64,000 bases of DNA from Mustelus asterias. Its lineage: Eukaryota. How positions within the stretch are numbered: the first letter of the stretch is position 1; every line of letters begins with the position of its first letter. The stretch lies in the NCBI RefSeq assembly GCF_964213995.1, contig NC_135817.1:38750001-38814000 (forward strand). Reading direction: 5' to 3'. Made by a program: the position numbers and the translations under genes. The notes beneath the pieces are model-generated. The model had not been told where the DNA came from, made no database searches, and was given only the letters and a program-made list of their open reading frames with translations. Below, one piece after another: positions 59,991 to 64,000 of this stretch.

Positions 59991-62891
59991 GATAGCTAGC
60001 ACTATCCATATAAATGTTGGAGAATAGGGATATTAGTAATTCTGACACAACTAAAGGAGAATCAGAAACATCAATCTGTACCATCCTGGTCTGGGCAACA
60101 GCAGCAGTCTAAGCATACTGGCTGTCAGGCAACAGTAAAGGTACTGGTGAGTGGAAATGGTGGCAGGATGATTTCTGTCCTTTTGAGAACTGTCCTCCAT
60201 TGTGTTCAATGAAGCTACTCCCACTGGGCAACGCCTCAGCAATCCGAATAATGTGTTGTAGATTAAATTTCCGGAATGTAGTGAAATCCTACAAGCACCT
60301 TTGTTAATGTTGCAAATACTGTGACAATTGAGTACATGCTCGAGCTGTGATTAAGAGCAGTTGATACCAGTTGGGAAAAGGTTAGAACCTGTTTACATCT
60401 CTGTGGGGAGAAACTGTGTGGAAGGGAAAGTAGTCTGCATATATGGTATCTGGGGTCTTATGAATAAACCTATGTGGAAGACAGACCGGCTCCAGATTCT
60501 TTCTTTACCGGATGCCAGTTTAGCTTATTTACACACTTTGCTCACTCTAATCCATAGCCACGATGGCAGCAGCTTGAGTTTGAACAACTTGAGTCTGAGC
60601 TTCCTTTGCACTACTCAGACTTCTGGTGCAACCTGTGCAGCAATGCAAACCGAAACACCGGCCATCAGACATCGCATCACGACGGGGTCCACAAATGTGC
60701 TGATGGAGTTGACCACCTCTTCAGGCTGGGAAGGATGGGCTCAAAGCTCCGTGTGAAGCCCCAGAGCTGAAATACTCCCTGATTTCTGCACTGAACATTT
60801 TGTTGTGCATACCATCAGCCTTCTTCTCTATGTTGTCCCCTCAAAGTGCACATCTGGGTTCACTGCAGCAGAACGTGTGTGCGAACTTACCTTTTGGCAG
60901 ATTGATACCTTGATTCTCAATGCCAGTCTGAAGTGTGTCCCAACCCTGTCTCCTCTTGAAAATCCAGGCCAAAGTATTTGTTTGAATGTCTCTACCATTT
61001 TCTTATTCCACATTCTCCTCTCTCTGCCTCGAATGAACCCATATTTATTTTTGTTAATCTCTTCCTTCTTCTTGCAGCACCGTAACCAGGTCCTTGGGGC
61101 TTGATTCCTGACATTGTCCTCCATGATGATCTCCTTCTACTGTCTTTTGAGCATGTATCTGAAGGGCACTTGTTCTGGAGCCCACTTACTCCCCTATCTT
61201 GTGCCATTCTTCTGTATTTCCTGGATAATGTTCAGCTTACACGGGACTCCCAACACCTCCTCTGGCCACAAGGAATCTCCTATTTCGGAGGTGTCAAACT
61301 TTAAGCAATGCAGGCTTGCTTTAACTGGTGCTAGCCACTCACAATATTGCACCACCCCTCTGAGATCAGGCATCTAGACAATCAACAATGCAGTTAACAC
61401 TGTCTGGATGTTGTAGTCATTGTGGTTTCTGTTTGTTTAAAACAACACAGCAGAGGAGAGTCACCTGACTTGAGGGACTAATGGGAAGTGAGGGTGAGTG
61501 ATCACCCCAGAGGGTGGAGTCTTTCTGGGTCGGGGCAGAATACATCTGGAAACTATGTAGTAAGCATGTAAGGACTTATCAAGCAACTATTCCAAGACAG
61601 CCTAGGGCTGCAAACCCCAGTAGATAATTTCTCTTATTCAATAAATACCTTTTGTTCCTAACAAAGTCTGAAGTCTCTTGAAGTCACCTGGAGTGCCACT
61701 ACATTACTAATGTAAACACAGCAGGCAGTGTGAAGTTTGCGTGCTGCCTGGGTTGCAGTCAGTGTGCGCAGTCTTGCCATTTCAGGGACTATTGAATTTA
61801 GCTCTGTCTGTAGTTACATGAGTAGCTTAGAAAGTCACCAGAGCAGCTGAATAATACTGACCAGGTTTCAAATTGGTCTGTGAGCCAGATTTTCAATCTC
61901 CCCTGGGGAGGGAGAAATAGGGGGAAGGCGGTGATATCAGTTGATGTGTTAATCTTCTGTGTCCTCCAGAATTTGTTGCAATCGTCAAAGGGAGGCTCGG
62001 GCAGGGGAATCAGAAATTCAATCATCTCCAGTTAAGCTGATTGAAGAATTTGTTAATGACCTGCAGAGGTCCAGAAGGAAATTTTCAAAGTGCAGAGCAA
62101 GAAAAGTGAATAGTTTGGTGCACATAAGTGAACACCTGTTAGGACTCAGCAGCGTTGCGGGGAGGTATGAAGTCATGTTACTGCTGAACTAAAACGTTTG
62201 AGAAAAAAGGGTTATTGAAATCGGATAGCTCAAGCCTTGACACGATAGGTGGAATTTTACAAGATTTTTTTCTAAGTGTTCAGCTAGCGTGAAAATGGGA
62301 GAGTTCCTGATCCATTTTTCGGGCGAGTTTTCAGGCAAAACTATATGAACTCAGTCTGTGAAAATATGGGCTAGATCATTTCTAGCTGCTAGAGGCAGTG
62401 GGCGGGGCCGAATTCGGCAGACAGCCAACAGCTCAGATCAGAGTCATAAACTGCGCATGCACAGGAAAAACAGAAAGAAATGTCAGCTTCCCTGGCAGAA
62501 CCCCCCAAGGCCAGATACAGCCTCCCCCCCTCCAACATTACTGACCCCCTTACCCCCCCAACCCCTCTCCAACCCCCCTCCTGGACCCCATTGCACAAGG
62601 CCTCCTTGTCATCTCCCCTGGCCCCGATGGCTGACCGACATGACCCTCTCTCTCCCCTGCCCCCGATCATCACAGAGTCACAAATCCCACTCCCCCCCTT
62701 TCCATCAGCATACCTGCAACTGCTGACGTGGCTTCTCCTCCATGGTAACAAGGCAAACAATAATAAACTCGCTGGAATGCTCTAAGCGGGCGTGTGACTC
62801 GCCCAAACTGCCTGCAGCTGATCTGCCCTAACAAGGGACAGCTCCATAAAAACCCCAAGGATGGACAGGCAGGCAGGCAGTGCAGGAAGAA

Positions 62892-64000
62892 ATGGCCTCC
62901 AGGAAGACAGCTCCCCATATTTCAGATACTGATCTGGCCAGGTTACTGGAGGTGGTGGAGGTAAGGTGGGACACCCTCTTCCCCCCCAGCTGACTCTGAC
63001 CCAGGGGAAGGGATGGAAACGCAGCCTGGGAGGTGGTGACAGTATGCGTTAGTGCCAGGGCACTGGCCAGGAGAACCGGGAAGCAGTGCCGCAAAAAACC
63101 GAATGACCTAATCCAGGCATCAAGGATGAGTGTTTCACCTCATCTAGCATCTTCCCCCTGAAGGACTCCCAGATCCCCCCACCCCCAGCATCCTGTATGC
63201 TTTCAGACCCTGACCCCCAAGTACCTCCCTCTCTGCTTCCCCCAAGAGCATCACAACCCTTGTCCTCTGAGAGCCACCCCCTGGAAACCTATAGTTCTTG
63301 TGGCATCAGGTTGTACATGGCTCCTTCTCTCTTCACAGGAGAAGAATACCCCAAATTGCTGGGAGAGGGCAAACACAGGGGGTTATGTGCCTAATATCTG
63401 GGTCCTCACTCCCTTTGAGGAGCCAGGCACTGGAGTTTGTGGAAGAGGAGGGGATGCGGACCATTAGCGACAGCATGGAGCACCTGCCAAACCTCCACTT
63501 GTTGAAGAAATCTTAAGTAAGTTGCATGCAGCCCAGGTTCCTCTCCCTCCCTTGTACTTAACCTTGTATCCTGTGTTTCAGGAAGGGACCCCGATGCGCC
63601 AGGGTCATCTGGCATCACGGCCCCCCACTGCTGTTCCAACCCATCCTGCCCCGACAGCTCAGAAGTCTCTTCAGAGGAAGCGGATGAAGGGACCTCCGAG
63701 GCGGGCACCAGTTTTGCATCAGCTTCCACCTCGCAACTCACCATCCCAGAGACTCTCACATCGGTGGGTCAAGTTAGTGACGAGGCATCTGGGTTACTCT
63801 GTGGTGAGCACAACACATCTGCTGATGTACATCAGACGGAGGAGGGAACGTCTGAGGCCTCTCTGGCACCCATGGGTCTGCCGGAGGCAGGACGCGGCTG
63901 GCCCCAGGCTACATGCTGGGCCTCTGAGATCACTTCTCCCTCAGCTGCTGGAGGTGCAGCAACAGAGCCAGGGAATGCAGGAGGGGCTGACAACCACTCT
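62892..64000 (+). pseudogene. decayed spliced Myb/SANT-like gene of a PIF/Harbinger-type DNA transposon (element probably starts ~62248)
   Basis: 62892-63125 translates MASRKTAPHISDTDLARLLEVVEVRWDTLFP..*..*..AAWEVVTVCVSARALARRTGKQCRKKPNDL. A second exon starting at 63339 reads EKNTPNCWERANTGG...LTPFEE. Confidence 0.7.

Noticed and set aside
139-63759. Most ORF-track entries as host genes (e.g. [15 protein letters not shown]-type and VAQWLALL-type peptides)
   Set aside because: They are translations of SINEs, LINE antisense strands or chance ORFs, and they recur at each repeat copy.
1-64000. CRISPR array, rRNA or prokaryotic operon-type system
   Set aside because: No regularly spaced repeat-spacer array or rRNA-like sequence; the window is intron-rich vertebrate DNA.

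Overview
Vertebrate genomic DNA, most likely a shark or other elasmobranch (inferred from its repeats: HE1-like V-SINEs, a SacSINE1-like Deu-SINE, abundant CR1, Rex1/Babar, L2 and Penelope-like elements). The only host protein-coding gene I can support is a complete 12-exon EIF2S3 (eIF2-gamma) on the minus strand. Its CDS spans 53930 to 21504, totals 1419 nt (472 aa plus stop), and all introns are GT-AG. It has a CpG-rich promoter with ETS and YY1-like motifs. Almost all other ORFs in the track are retroelement debris. The most notable structures are: (i) a young ~1.1-kb near-perfect palindromic Penelope insertion with a 13-bp target-site duplication directly upstream of the EIF2S3 core promoter; (ii) minimal hammerhead-ribozyme motifs in Penelope tails, one of them sense within an EIF2S3 intron; (iii) an older inverted Penelope in intron 11 with four nested insertions; (iv) V-SINEs carrying two different LINE-like tails; (v) an internally deleted tRNA-Gly(CCC) pseudogene; (vi) unexplained hairpins and inverted repeats; (vii) a decayed spliced Myb/SANT gene of a Harbinger-type transposon at the right end. 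Exon coordinates were checked base by base. Repeat boundaries are approximate, and family names come from recall rather than a database search.
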